Numbered from the stretch's first letter, positions 46,553-58,655 are shown. The stretch is 64,000 nt of DNA from Rebecca billardiae RCC1528 (GCA_965240325.2 OZ251244.1:744001-808000), one strand, 5' to 3'. Numbers and translations are program-made. The notes: generated from the letters alone by a model not told the origin.

Positions 46553-48050
46553 TGGTGAACACAGCTTTAAAATATTTTAATTCGTGACAAAGCCCTGGGA
46601 GACCCAGCTCCGACCCGCCCTTTAATTGGTGTCCAATACTGCTGAGGAAAGTAATACCGGAGTAGGAATACGAACAACGGGGCCTCAAACGTTTTTTTAA
46701 TTATTAGGCACACCTCGTGAATCGAGAACGCATGTCGTTCCTTTTTTGAGCGCGCGCCATAGGGATGTCGTTGCGATTCTCACATAGCCATAGGACCATT
46801 CGTGATCCGCTCCCAATTGTTGAGGAACCGCGACGAGGGCTTTCGCCGCCGCGCCGCGTGCGCTCGGCACACACGATTGAGTATGACGAACGAGCTCAGC
46901 GCGCTGCTGCAGGAGGCGAAGGCCGCGCGCGACACGCAGAATGGCGCTCAGCCGGCGTGGCTCGACGACGCTGCCGGCACTTGCGCTCGCACACACGTGC
47001 GCGACGAGGATCAGCTCCGCCGGCCGCTCCGCCGAACCCAGCGCCACAGATGCCGTCGTCGGCGTCGCAAGGTACTGCGCCGATCTGGCGGAGATCCGGC
47101 GGCACGTGGCGGCGATCAAGCAGCCGCAGCCGCATCAGATGACGTGCACGAACGGCCTCATGGAGAAGCTCGTGCTCCACAAGCCTACCATAAGCCACCC
47201 GCTCGCCGACTAGTGCCGCCGACTACTACTCGCGCTGGCTCGTCATCAACGGGCGCGGCCTTCGAGCCATCACCCGCGCCGCCCGCGGCTCGCGGCGCCA
47301 TCGCGGAAGTGCGTGCCCGCCGGCGCGAGCTGCATCCCAACACAACATGCACACCGACGCGAGCCGCTCGTACCACGTCGGGCCCGACGCCCTGCGCCGC
47401 TCGCCCCGCGCCTGCACGGACCGGTGGGCCATCCGCGGTGCGTGCCATTTTGCCGCGCCGTCGTTCCCGAGCGGCCGTGCGCAGCGACGACTGCATCGAC
47501 GCGCGCCTCGCCGTGCGCCTCGGTGGGCTGCGTTCAGCCACCGCCGACCGCGGTGCCGCGGTGCCCGGCGGTGCCGCGGTGCCGCGCCGCGCGCGCGCGC
47601 CTGCGGCGCGCCACCGGATGATCAATAGACAATAATATAGGTACCGTTAGTCAGCGCTGAACGGCCAACTCGTCCCATCGTCGTCGGGTCTGCCGGCCCT
47701 AACCAGCTTCTCCGTCGCGTCCTAGACGCGCTGTGTTCGACCGACCAGCCCCACCGGGACAAGGCCTCCAGGCGGCCCCGCAGTTTGTAATACTGTATTG
47801 TTCGTCGGAGAAGTAGCGCTATACTCTCATTCTATATATTAACGACGTGGCAGCATCCGACAAGCGTCAGGCTCAGAGTGCAACAGACACATAGAATGCG
47901 TCCGCGCCTTCCGTCCAGGTCAGACAGTGCGCCACCCGCAGCCCTGCCCCCCTACGGGAGCGGGGCCGGGATGGAGCACCGCCTCGGCCTGGGGCACGCG
48001 GCGGCGACGGCAGATGCCGCCGCGGCCGAGCGCCTTCCGGAGCACGTGTA

Positions 48051-50013
48051 AACTTTTCTGAGGATAGCGCACCAGCAAAATCCCTTGACCGCCATCCGGA
48101 TTTTACGGAGGCCGCGTTTGGACGCAGAAACGCGCGATGGCGAGGCCCGCCCTCGCACCACCGCTCTCGCGAGATCGCGACCGTGCGACCTGCGGCGTTG
48201 CGCTCGACGCGCTCTTTCTGCTCGGAGGCCGCGAGGACTCCCAGGTGCGCCAGCTCGCGAGCGCGCACCTTCCTCCTCGCCGCGCTCGCCGAGCACGAGC
48301 CGATCTGCAGCAGATGTGCAAGGAGCCGCATGTGGCCTTCCTCGCGCGCGCGGCACGGCTGCACACGAAAATCGTTAGAGGGCACTTCTCCGCGCATTCT
48401 ACATTTTGGGGAAAGAACGCCTGAACTGCACAAAAAGTGCCCTCTAACGCTTCCGCTCCTCGCCGTTGCGTGCACGCGCAAAGGAGCACTGCAAAGGGTG
48501 CGACTGGGAGCATTCCTTCTCCCGGGCGGCCACCACGGCCTCGGAGGTGGTGAGGAACGCGTCGGCGACCACGGCGTGGACCACCTCCGTCGCGCCGGAC
48601 ACTCCGGTCGCCCCTCGCCGGACTCCATCCTCGCTGCGCGCTGACCGTTTGCCGAGCGGGCTGCCCCGCCGCCTGCCCGGCGTGTGCCCGCGTGGTGACA
48701 CAAGATGGTCGAAGGCGTGGCAGCGCGGTGGTGCGTGCGATCGGGGGACCCCACCTGAGCTACGACACGGGCGCGCGCGCTCATCCGTGCTCATCACGGT
48801 GGTGCACGCGCGCGTCGCGCGCTGACGCTCGTCGGCTGTCGCGCGCTGACGGCTGGGCTGCTTTGGGGTGTCGGCGGCGGCCACAGCTCGCTGGTACGGG
48901 CGCGATGGTGGCTGCGAGTGGTACGCGGCGTTGCACCAGGTCCGTGTGCGTCACGCACGACGCTCGGCCGGCTCGCCCTCGGACCATTGGCTGAGCCCTA
49001 CTCGCCGCGCGCACTGCGCGCGGCAGCCGCTCCGCAGCTGCTCCGGGCACGAAGCGCGCCCCGCGCGCTGCACGTGGGCGCGACGAGGTGGTGCAGCGAG
49101 CATGCGCGAGAGTGTGCGCGTGATGGGCACCACAATGACGATACTTGCCATGCACATCTGCCTCTCGCCACGCCTTCGTCACGATAGCTGCGACTGCTGC
49201 CCGGAGGTGCGCTCGAGCGCTCGCGCGCGTTTGAATCTGGGCTCGGCGGCGATCGCGTGGACGAGGGGCAGCGCGGTGCACGGTGGCGGAGCGCGTGCGG
49301 AGCGCAGCCTACACCTCCTACACGCTCCATCCAGACACATCGCGCATGCTCGCGCGGCCTCCTCGGTCCATCACGTGCGCGTGCGCGCGCGAGCAGGTGT
49401 GCATTCGCCGGGCGCGTTCACGGCGCGCCGCGTTGGCGCGCGCGCACCGATACCCGTGCGCAGCTCGACGAGCGAGCGCGGTGTGTTTCGATGCGTATGG
49501 GGAGGCTCGAATTTACGCGCGCGCACGCGCCGGCCCTCGCCGCCCCTTCGCTCGCCCACGCCTCATCTGCGCGCTCGGCGTTTGCAGGCAGCTGCGCATT
49601 CTTTCCGACACGTGCGCAAACGAGCAGATGGCGCTGGGCGAGGTCGATTGGTGCGTCAGATATTCGGCAACGACCAGGCCCGCTTGTGTGCCGCCGCTCG
49701 TGCTACTCTCGACGACCACCTCTGGCTCGGTCGCGCGCACGAGGCTGCTCGCGGCCGAATCGTGCCGTGTACCGTCAAGCTGTACCGTGCGCAGCGAGGC
49801 GCACTCAGACGTCGGCATGGGCTCGCATGCGAGGGCCCGGCAGTGCGACGCGTCGATGGAGCATGCTCCGGATACGCTTCGGCGCACTTCCCGACGCGCA
49901 CGAGCCGCTCGAAGGCGCGGAAGGGCGCCCAAACGGGGCAACCGCCATTTTGCGCCACTTCGGCCCGGATGGCGGTCAAGGGAAATTGCTGGTGCGCTAT
50001 CCTCAGAAAAGTT
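48051..50013. mobile_element. Non-autonomous DNA transposon (about 1.96 kb) with a probable TA TSD
   Basis: 49-bp TIRs AACTTTTCTGAGGATAGCGCACCAGCAA(AA/TT)TCCCTTGACCGCCATCCGG (48051-48099 and 49965-50013), flanked by TA on both sides. Confidence 0.88.
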
Positions 50014-50427
50014 TAATCATATATATGATTGACGACGCGGGTCTCCTGATTCGTCGGCGGCAGTGCCCGATCGTACTTTAGGAATACTGTAGATGCCAAT
50101 TATCGTCACTGTATAGCTTCATTCATTAGCCAATAAGGCTGCTCCCCGGGTTTCGCTTCGCGTCGTCAATATCATCAGGAGGCCACATACGCCATCATCA
50201 CTACGACTATACTTTATCGCGGGGGCCGGGGGTCATCAAATCTCCTTGATGGCGGTGGGAACGATGAAACTATCGGGCATCGGCACGTATCAGCAAATAA
50301 TCAGCTTGATCCGTTACTCTGGCGCGTGCGGGTAAAGTAGCCCGCGCCTGTTCAGTTTAAGCTAGTTCGCGTAAGTCGCAGGCCTGGCGGGCCGCCCCCC
50401 CCCCGCCCCCCCCCTCCCGATACTGAT

Positions 50428-51829
50428 ATGATGCGTGGCACCGCCGCTCTCGGAGCCCTTCTCCTCGGCACGCTCGCGGTGGCCGCATCATCGCCGCTGG
50501 ATCCCGTCGGTGACGATCGTCGCGTCGGTGCGCCTCACTCACCGACGAGCTCCGGCGCCGCTCACCTCGTCGCCCTGCTCGAGGCAGACGAATCACCGCG
50601 CCGCAAGCTTGCGTACGTCAACTGCACCGAGCAACTTGCCAACGGGCCGCCTGGTGCGGAGAATTGCACGGGCACTGGCGACGACGACGTGATCTTCGCG
50701 CCTTTCATGCCCGATGGCTCCACAGACTACATCCTGACGCACGGTTTGGATGGCGACGACATCATCTACGGCCACGCGAATGCGGACACGCTCTACGGCG
50801 ATGCCGGCAACGACCACCTCCTCGGCTACGGCGGTAGTGATTGGCTCACTGGCGGGGCCGGCAACGATCTTCTGGAGGGTGGCGATGGCAGCGACTTGCT
50901 GATGGGCTGGGCCGGCAACGACACCCTCAACGCCGGCGACGGGGATGACGGTAACGACGATTTCCCCCTGAATGGTGGTCCAGGCGACGACGTGATTAGG
51001 GGCCAGGGCGGAGACGACTTTATTGAGGACCAGTTTGGCTCTGACATTCTGCTCGGTGGACCTGGCGACGACACGATATTCAACTATGAATTCGGGGGTT
51101 CCGCCACTCCGACGGGCGGCGACATCATCGACGGTGGTCCAGGTGCGGATACTTAAGCGCGACGCCCCTGCGCGCCAATACTTATACTGCTGCGCGCCGC
51201 CTCACTCACTCATGCGGCCACGCGCCGTGCTGATCACGCGCGTCGGTCCAGGTGCGGACATGATCTTTGCCGCGAACGGTGTTCAGGACAAGATCTACTT
51301 TTCTATGAGCGAGGGTGATACGATCAGGAGCTACGACATGGGCCTAGACCTGCTCTACCCGAACGCGCGCTCTATCTTCGCGACGACCCCATCGCCCACC
51401 CCCGAGCCCTCGCCGACCCCCGAGCCCTCGCCCACCCCCGAGCCCACGCCCTCGCCCGAGCCCTCGCCGACGCCCGAGCCCTCGCCCACCCCCGAGCCCA
51501 CGCCCACGCCCTCGCCCGAGCCCTCGCCCGAGCCCTCGCCCACGCCCGAGCCCTCGCCCACGCCCTCACCCGAGCCCTCGCCGACGCCCGAGCCCTCGCC
51601 GACCCCCGAGCCCTCGCCGACGCCAGAACCGACACCGACGCCAACACCAGAGGCCACACCCACGCCGTCTCCGAGCGTCACTTGCCCCACGGGTTGTGTG
51701 ATGAGCCGTCGTGCGCGGCAGCGGCGGCTGATGTTGGAGAGCAGCGCCCACTCGCTGCTTTTTGGCGCTTTCGGCGGCATGAAACATCATCGCAAGTGCC
51801 CAGCCGGTTGTGTCCCAGCCCGCCGCTGA
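50428..51829 (+). CDS. Secreted protein with RTX/hemolysin-type Ca-binding repeats, a PTPEPS stalk and a Cys-containing tail; exons 50428-51142 and 51252-51829
   Basis: Signal peptide, many GGxGxDxL nonapeptides ([33 protein letters not shown]), and a GT-AG intron that restores GPGADMIF. Confidence 0.87.
51385..51675 (+). repeat. Coding minisatellite encoding (PSPTPE)n
   Basis: Tandem 18-bp units of the CCCTCGCCCACCCCCGAG type. Confidence 0.9.
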
Positions 51830-52204
51830 TCACGATCACGATCAGTGGTCGGCGCGGGCCGTGTGCATGCCGGTAGGTGTGCATGCTCCTACTTAGAGCC
51901 GTGCGTGGGCAAACCAGCAGACTCACTAGTATGATACCATTACCAGAGTCAAGAAGTGAAGTGGATATGGGTACGGTAGCTATGACGTTACCTCCCGAAC
52001 GGGTATCAAGACACCATCAAGTCACATACTGGATTGTTACCAGCGCGCTACGCCGGTACCTGTACCGCATGAACCGGACCGCCGTTTTGGATATTCAAAG
52101 AGCCGGGACCCTAGGCATCGTCAAAAAGTACCGAAGCTGCGAAGCAAGACAAAAGTTCGTCATCCTCAACGTGTACTTCCGTAGATAGCATACCCTCCGT
52201 GACG

Positions 52205-54892
52205 ATGTCAGAGCTTGATGCCCCCCCGGCAGACCGCTCCGAGTCGGCGGTGCGTGCGCTGCTGGAGCGTGCGGCGGCGGACGGGCGGCGACGACGAGCG
52301 CTGGTGCGATGGCCGCTGCTCGTTCTCGGCTCCGTGTGCATCGTCACAGGGCTCCCGCTCATCGTTCTCACGGTTTCCGATCTGACTTGGGCGCCGCCGG
52401 CCGCCCGGAACATCCTCTCGCCCATCGCGAACGGGATGATGATGACAGGCGGCTGGTCCTTCGTGTGCGCGGTCGTGCCCGGCGATGCAAACGCGCCTTA
52501 TCACGTCGCTGCGCTCACCATGTGCGTCACGCTCGTGCTCTTCGTGCTCGACGTCGGCTCGAGTGTTCGCTTCGCGGGCCGCCTGGCAGCAGAGTGTAGC
52601 TCAGAGCAAGAGCTCACGCCAGAGTGCCGCCTGACAGCCATACACCTGGCGAGGACGGTGTCCGACACGTGCCTCGCCGCCATCGCCCTCGTGACGTGCG
52701 CGAGGATCTTCATGAGCCGCTGTCACGACGGCAGGCAGCCGCGCCGAGCGCGGCGGCAGGTGATTGCACTGCTGCGGCTTCTACTCGTTGGTTACACGCT
52801 CGGCGTCGTGCTGATCGCGCTGAGCGTGCTGGCGAAGGGGGTTGGCGCCGGGCGGTCGATTGTCGACGCCATCCCCACGCTCCTGCTCCTCGCCTACGCC
52901 CTCCTGCTCACCGTCCTCGGCATGTCGCCGGGCGGCATCGAGGCGCTGCACCGCTCGCTGGTGAAGCGCGGGCTGACGGACGGCGCGAGCTCGGCCGCGG
53001 TGATCGCGTGCCTGATCGGCGAGGGCCGCTCGCCGGCCGAGACGATGTCGTCGGCCCTCGCCACGCTGCGCTGCGTACCGCTCGACCGGCTCACGCGGCA
53101 GCACCTCGAGCCGCCAAAGCTCTCGCGCACCTCGAGCGGGACGAAGCGCAGCTCAAGCGGCTCCAACCTGAATCGCAGCTCGGCCACCACCACCAGCTCG
53201 ATCTACACGGCGCTCTCGCGCGTGCTCCCCGGCGAGATGGAGGGTAGCTTCCGACGCGCGACGAGGAGCACCAAGCGCTCGAGCGGCCGCAGCGCCGAGG
53301 GCAGCAGTGTGCCCTCGAGCACGCGCACGTCTGTGCGCCCCGGCGCGAGCATCGCCGCCACGCCTGTCGGCAGCACGCGCTCGCTGCTCGGCAGGTTCTG
53401 CGAAGAGCCCTCCCCGTGCAGGCGCAGCGCGGCGTCCAGCGAGGCGAGTCTGCCTGCGAGTGCCTGCCTCTCCCCGCCACACGATACGGCCTGCCTGACA
53501 CCGCCACGCGAGGGCGGGTTGCTCGCCGTGCCCGGCGCTGCGGCCTGTGAGAGCCTGTCATGGCCGAGGCACTCGGACGGTGGCCTCCGTTCCGTGGTGC
53601 GAGTCGACAGCGGTGGCCTGCCCCCGAGCTCGCGCGCCTCGTGCGCCTCTGTGCGCGCCGCTTCCGTGTGGCCGGAGGAGGCGTGCGCCGGGACTGCGCC
53701 TACCGAAGCCGCCAAGGGCCAAGCCGGCGCGCCCGCGGCCACGACCAACGGCGCCCCGCATGAGCTGGAGCAGGCCTGGGTGCCCGCCGAGTACGGCCGC
53801 ATCGACGCGTTCGTGAGCCACAGGCACGCGCCCCGCGCCGCCGCCGCGGCCGGCCGCGAGCTGCGTGCGCCCCGTCCGCCACCACGCGCGCGCTCACCCT
53901 GCCCGCCGCCCCCGCTGCCGCCGCGGCGCGCCCGCAGCTGGTCGGACGACCCCGACGCGAAGTGGGCGGCGCTGCAGCGCTGGCGCGAGCGCTTCAAGGC
54001 CAAGAACCGGCGCGAGCCGACCATCTGGCTGGACAGGCTGTGCATCGACCAGTCCGCCATCAGCGAGTCGCTGCAGATGCTCCCCGTCTACCTCGCGGGC
54101 TGCCGCTCGCTGCTCGCGCTCGTGGGCGACACCTACACCGAGCGGCTGTGGTGGTGAGCGCCACCACTCGGCCGCCCACCGCGCGAGTGCGCTGCGTGGC
54201 TGTGCCGCGCGCCGCGCGCCGCGCGCCGCGACGCCGCCTCGCCTGAGCCGGCCGCCCCGCACCCCGCCCCACCCGCCCCGCGCAGCGTGATGGAGCTCGC
54301 CGTGTTCACGATGGCGGGCGCCGAGCCGGACGAGATCGAGTGGGTGGGCCTCGACGGCGCGAGCACGGTGGACGTGCGATCGTTCGACGTTCAGCACGCG
54401 CGCTGCACGCTCCAGGCCGACTCGGACCGCCTCCTCTCGACGATCGACGCGACTTTCGAGGGCATCGACATGTTCAATGAGCGGGTTCGCAAGCTGCTCG
54501 GCAGCGCGGTCGAGCGGGCCGAACTGGCGGCGGTGCGCCGCTCGCCGCACGCAGCGCCCCTCCTATCGCCCATCTCGCGTCGCTCGCCGCAGACTCAGGC
54601 CTGGGGCGGGGTCCGCGGCTGCGGCACGCTCTCGACCATCCTCTCGACGAGAAGCTCCGCCAGCTTGCCGTTCTCGCCCGCCGGGACGCCCAATTCTGTC
54701 CGGCGCGGCGCGGCATCCGTCGTCGGGCGGATGCTCGGCGCGAGCGGCGACTGGACACCTGGCAGCGTCGACGCCACTCATCCCGGCCAGGAGGGCGAGG
54801 CGGGCGACGGGTCGCCGTCCACGGCGCCGTGGGCGGAATCGCGGCGCGAGGAGTCGCAGCGCGCGAGGCGTAATCGCCACGAGACGATGTAG
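52205..54892 (+). CDS. ~6-TM membrane protein with a C-terminal TIR-like domain; exons 52205-53823, 53938-54153, 54286-54892
   Basis: Six hydrophobic helices. Spliced TIR reads IDAFVSHSWSDDPDAKW..PTIWLDRLCIDQ..SLQMLPVYLAGCRSLLALVGDTYTERLWCVMEL. One GC-AG and one GT-AG intron. Confidence 0.85.
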
Positions 54893-55130
54893 GACTCAGC
54901 TACATATATATATATATATATGTATGTACAGCAGCTAGCTCGCCAGCCGGCCATCGCTGGTCCAGCGCGCGGCCAGGGTAGTTTTGCCGACCGTTGGTGG
55001 TCGGCTGTGCATGCGCACGCACTACTACAGTTTACTACAGCTGCTCAGGCAGGCGAGATTAGTGAAGAAATATTCCGGTGCGCCGGCGGCGGCGTCCGGC
55101 CTTGTGCCTTGAGCGCTCGGCTTTTTGAGG

Positions 55131-57401
55131 ATGGCGCGACCGCACTCCGCTCCTCGCGTGGATCGGTCCAAGCCGTACGCGCACGTGAATGCGGTCGACG
55201 GCACCGGGACCTTCGCGGTCTGCGGTGTGGTTCCGAAGCGTAGCGGGAAGTACCGCATCCACATCCTCCTCGTGCGCGCATCTGAGGGCGTGCGGGTCAG
55301 CACGATCTCCGACGACCAGGCGACCGACTACTACGAGTTCGAGGGGAAGTCGGCGCACCACGCGGTGCAGGCGCACGTGAGCCTGGCCGACGCGTATCAC
55401 CTCTTCGTCAAGCCCGCCGTCGAGCGCCACGAGGGCCCGCTCGCGCCCGACGAAGAGGTGAACGTTGCGTTCTTCCGATCGCACGCGCCGCCCGAGCCGT
55501 CTGAGACCGCCAGGCGGCTCGCGTGGCAGCTGCCGGCCGAGGTGGCGGACACGCGGCCGATGGGGAGGCAGTTCGAGGCGTTCATGATGCACACCTTCCC
55601 GCGGTGGGACCTCGCGCAGACCAACCGCATCCGCGCCGAGCTCGCGCACATGGAGCTGGCGGCCATGTGTTGGTATATTGAGCAGTCGGAGTGCGTCGAG
55701 CTGGCCGCGCTCATGGACGGGTGCGACGAGCGGCAGCGCGAGATGATGGCGTTCGGCAGCCGCGAGCCCGTGGGGCCGGGCGGGCGGCTCACCTGCTGGC
55801 GCAACCCGCAGCTCGTCAGCGGCCTCCTCGCCAAGTCGAACCACCATGCGCGCCGGATCGCCGCGATGGTGAATCACATGTCGCAGCTGTATGACCTGGC
55901 CGGGGACGCGTCGCGCGCCAAGCTGTGGCGCAGTCAGCGCGCGCGCGTGCTCGAGGCGTGCGCGTTCTGCGAGATGACCGTCTTCATCGCGACGAACACC
56001 AACCGCGTCTTCGACCACCTCGCCGCGCACGGCAACCTGCCGCCCGCGACGCGCCCGTCCGCGCGCGCGCCAGACAGCGCCTCCTTGCTCGCAAAGATTC
56101 CGTTTGGAAGCACGCGCCCCGACGAGCTGGCGCGCGGGCAGGGGCTGATGGCGGACCCGTGCACGGAGGCGCACGTGACGAAGGCGGTGTGGATCGCGCA
56201 CGCGCTCTACGCCTCGATGAACGACAGCGGCCCGTTCGCCATCCCCAAGCTGCCGCTCGGCCAGTACCTGAGCGCCCTGCGCGAGATCGAGGGAGATACA
56301 GGCACAAGCGCGCTGAGCCGCTGGCTGATTGTCGCGCAGGGCGCGGTGGTGCGCGCGTGCGTGCTGGTGTTCGAGCACATGCGCACGCGGCTGCCCGGCG
56401 GGAACAGGTCGCGCGAGAGCGGCGCGTTCGACCACGCCGCCCACGCGCTCATCGAGCGCATGATGCCCTCGCCGGACGCCCGCGAGGCCGCACAGAGGCC
56501 ACGCGGGCAGAACGCGCCGCCTCTCGTTCACATCGTCGACGCCAAGGAGGCGGCGGAGGCGCTCCGGACGGCGCTGCGGCGGGAGGGCATGCCGCTCGAG
56601 CACGCGGCGCCGGTCGCGGAGGCCGCGGCCATCGGCTTCGAGCGCGTGCAGCGCGCCTCGCTCAAGCAGCTCGCCGAGACGCGCGCGCGCGCGCGCAGCC
56701 CGGCAGAGGCGCTCGGCGCGCTTGCCGTCGCGATCGTCACGACCGCGTGCCTGGCCATTCCGCAGGTCGCCTTCGGCCGGATCATCAGCGGCGCGTCCGC
56801 GCCGGCGCTGCGCCGGACGTTCGCCGGTATGCGCCCGGCGCGCGGGGAGGAGGACGCCGCGCACGAGGTCCTCGTCGACAGCGGCCACTTCGAGCGCGCC
56901 GCCGGACCGGACGGTGACTTGCAGCTGAGCGAGCGCACCGCGGCGCAGATGGAGGCGGCGGTGTCCATGTCTCTGGTGGGGTCCGCTGATGGTGGCCATC
57001 CGACGGTGACCGTGGGCGAGTGGCGCCCGTCGACGGACCACGTCTTCGCGCACGTCTTCCTCCCGCTCGCCCGCCGCGCGCCGCTCACCTGCCTCGCCGC
57101 GGTCGCTCGCCTCTTCTCCACAGCCGAGACGATGGCAGACCGCGACCAGCACGCGCGCGACCGCGTCGCCGCGCGCGCCGAGGCGTCTGCCGCGCTCACG
57201 TGCATGGGCTGCGGGAAGACGGCGAGCGAGGCGGGGCTGGCGCAGCTGCTGCGGTGCAAGTGCCGCCTGCCCGACGCGTACTTCTGCAACCGCGAGTGCC
57301 AGAAGGCCGCGTACAAGGAGCACAAGGCAGCGTGCCGTCCGGCCGTGGCCGCGAGGGAGGCAGCAGCCGGCGCCTCGGGCTCGTCGTCAACAGCAGCATG
57401 A
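55131..57401 (+). CDS. MYND-type zinc finger protein with a large unknown N-terminal region
   Basis: C-terminal CMGC..LLRCKC..YFCNRECQKAAYKEHKAAC. Single long ORF with coding codon bias. Confidence 0.85.
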   Translation: MARPHSAPRVDRSKPYAHVNAVDGTGTFAVCGVVPKRSGKYRIHILLVRASEGVRVSTISDDQATDYYEFEGKSAHHAVQAHVSLADAYHLFVKPAVERHEGPLAPDEEVNVAFFRSHAPPEPSETARRLAWQLPAEVADTRPMGRQFEAFMMHTFPRWDLAQTNRIRAELAHMELAAMCWYIEQSECVELAALMDGCDERQREMMAFGSREPVGPGGRLTCWRNPQLVSGLLAKSNHHARRIAAMVNHMSQLYDLAGDASRAKLWRSQRARVLEACAFCEMTVFIATNTNRVFDHLAAHGNLPPATRPSARAPDSASLLAKIPFGSTRPDELARGQGLMADPCTEAHVTKAVWIAHALYASMNDSGPFAIPKLPLGQYLSALREIEGDTGTSALSRWLIVAQGAVVRACVLVFEHMRTRLPGGNRSRESGAFDHAAHALIERMMPSPDAREAAQRPRGQNAPPLVHIVDAKEAAEALRTALRREGMPLEHAAPVAEAAAIGFERVQRASLKQLAETRARARSPAEALGALAVAIVTTACLAIPQVAFGRIISGASAPALRRTFAGMRPARGEEDAAHEVLVDSGHFERAAGPDGDLQLSERTAAQMEAAVSMSLVGSADGGHPTVTVGEWRPSTDHVFAHVFLPLARRAPLTCLAAVARLFSTAETMADRDQHARDRVAARAEASAALTCMGCGKTASEAGLAQLLRCKCRLPDAYFCNRECQKAAYKEHKAACRPAVAAREAAAGASGSSSTAA

Positions 57402-57488
57402 TGCTGACTACTACTACGACAATTGAGATGATGAGATGATGCATGGATGATGCATCAGCATGATGTCGTATCCTAGCTTACATATCAG

Positions 57489-58565
57489 CTGATGTGCGAA
57501 TCAAGGCCTATATGGCCGGCCATGACCGATGATATTGGCCGCTAGGCGGCCATGGCCGATGGAAAGCGGCCAACCAGCCATCACTGGCCGATGGGTATTG
57601 GCCGATGCCGATGGCGGTCCGGCGGCCGGACCGCCCCGCGGGGAGGCCGCGCCGGACGGCACTCGCACTGCCACGGCGCCGGCGCGTGGCCTCGCGGCGC
57701 GTGCGCACGCCGCCACGCTGGCTGCAGCACTGTCCGACTCTGCACGGTCGTAGTCCGAGAGGGCGGCCCCGGGGCTCGGCCGAGCCCCAGTGGCGGTCTC
57801 TGACCGAGCGTGGCAGGTGGGTCGTGTGTGTGTGTGTTAATCTGATATAAGATAAATTAAGATATCCAGACTACTACGCGGCATGTCTATTGTAGCTATC
57901 TGGCGCGCCGGCCCGGCGAGTGAACTGTGAAGGACGCGAGGTGCAGGCGGCGAGCCCGGTGAGACTCCGAGGGCGAGTCAGCGGCCGCACCCGCGCCCGC
58001 GACCCCTACTTCTGCCACGGCTGGCGCTTGCACTGCCAGCAGCGCCGTCGTCTGCCGACGCGGCGACTGCGGCAGCCTCGCGGCGAGCGGACGAGCTGTG
58101 GCTGCCGCAGCACAGTATTCGGCTGCAAGCACCTTCTGCGACGAGATCATGCCCATACAGAGTCGACGAGCCGACCTCGTTGGGGTCGACCATACGACGT
58201 TGACTTTCTGCCCGACGAGTGGTGAATCAGGGGCGTTCCCCGCATCGGTCATACGCCAAATTGAACCGGCTTCCTATTGGAACGGGCTTCGTCCATTTGA
58301 AGCGGGTACATTGAATACGGAAAAAGGCAAAGCCCCCCCAGGGGGGGCTTTGCTTTTCGGGAGCGTGTGGCAGGATCCCGGGAACGCCCTTGATATTGCG
58401 CCGAAAAAGAAAATAAATTATGAATATGTAATGAATACAGCGCATCGTCATCCTTATTTATTCATTTATTCGTCGTAGTCGGCCACTGGCCGATGAACGG
58501 GCGAAAGTGGGCATCTCGTGGCCGACGGGTTGGCCGACGCCCGTCGAGGCTTGATTCGCACACAG
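57489..58565. mobile_element. hAT-like non-autonomous element with an 8-bp TSD
   Basis: TSD CATATCAG (57481-57488 and 58566-58573). Imperfect TIRs CTG(A)TGTGCGAATCAAG(G)CCT. Subterminal TGGCCGA arrays at both ends. Confidence 0.8.
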
Positions 58566-58576
58566 CATATCAGTAG

Positions 58577-58579
<3 letters not shown>

Positions 58580-58647
<68 letters not shown>
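58580..58647. repeat. (AT)n microsatellite followed by short (AC)n and (AG)n tracts
   Basis: Pure TA run directly after the TSD. Confidence 0.95.

Positions 58648-58655
<8 letters not shown>

Noticed and set aside
46800-47640. Short coding-like patches (MTNELSALLQEAKAAR.., RYCADLAEIRRHVAAIK..)
   Set aside because: No consistent exon structure or domain could be built; at most a decayed fragment
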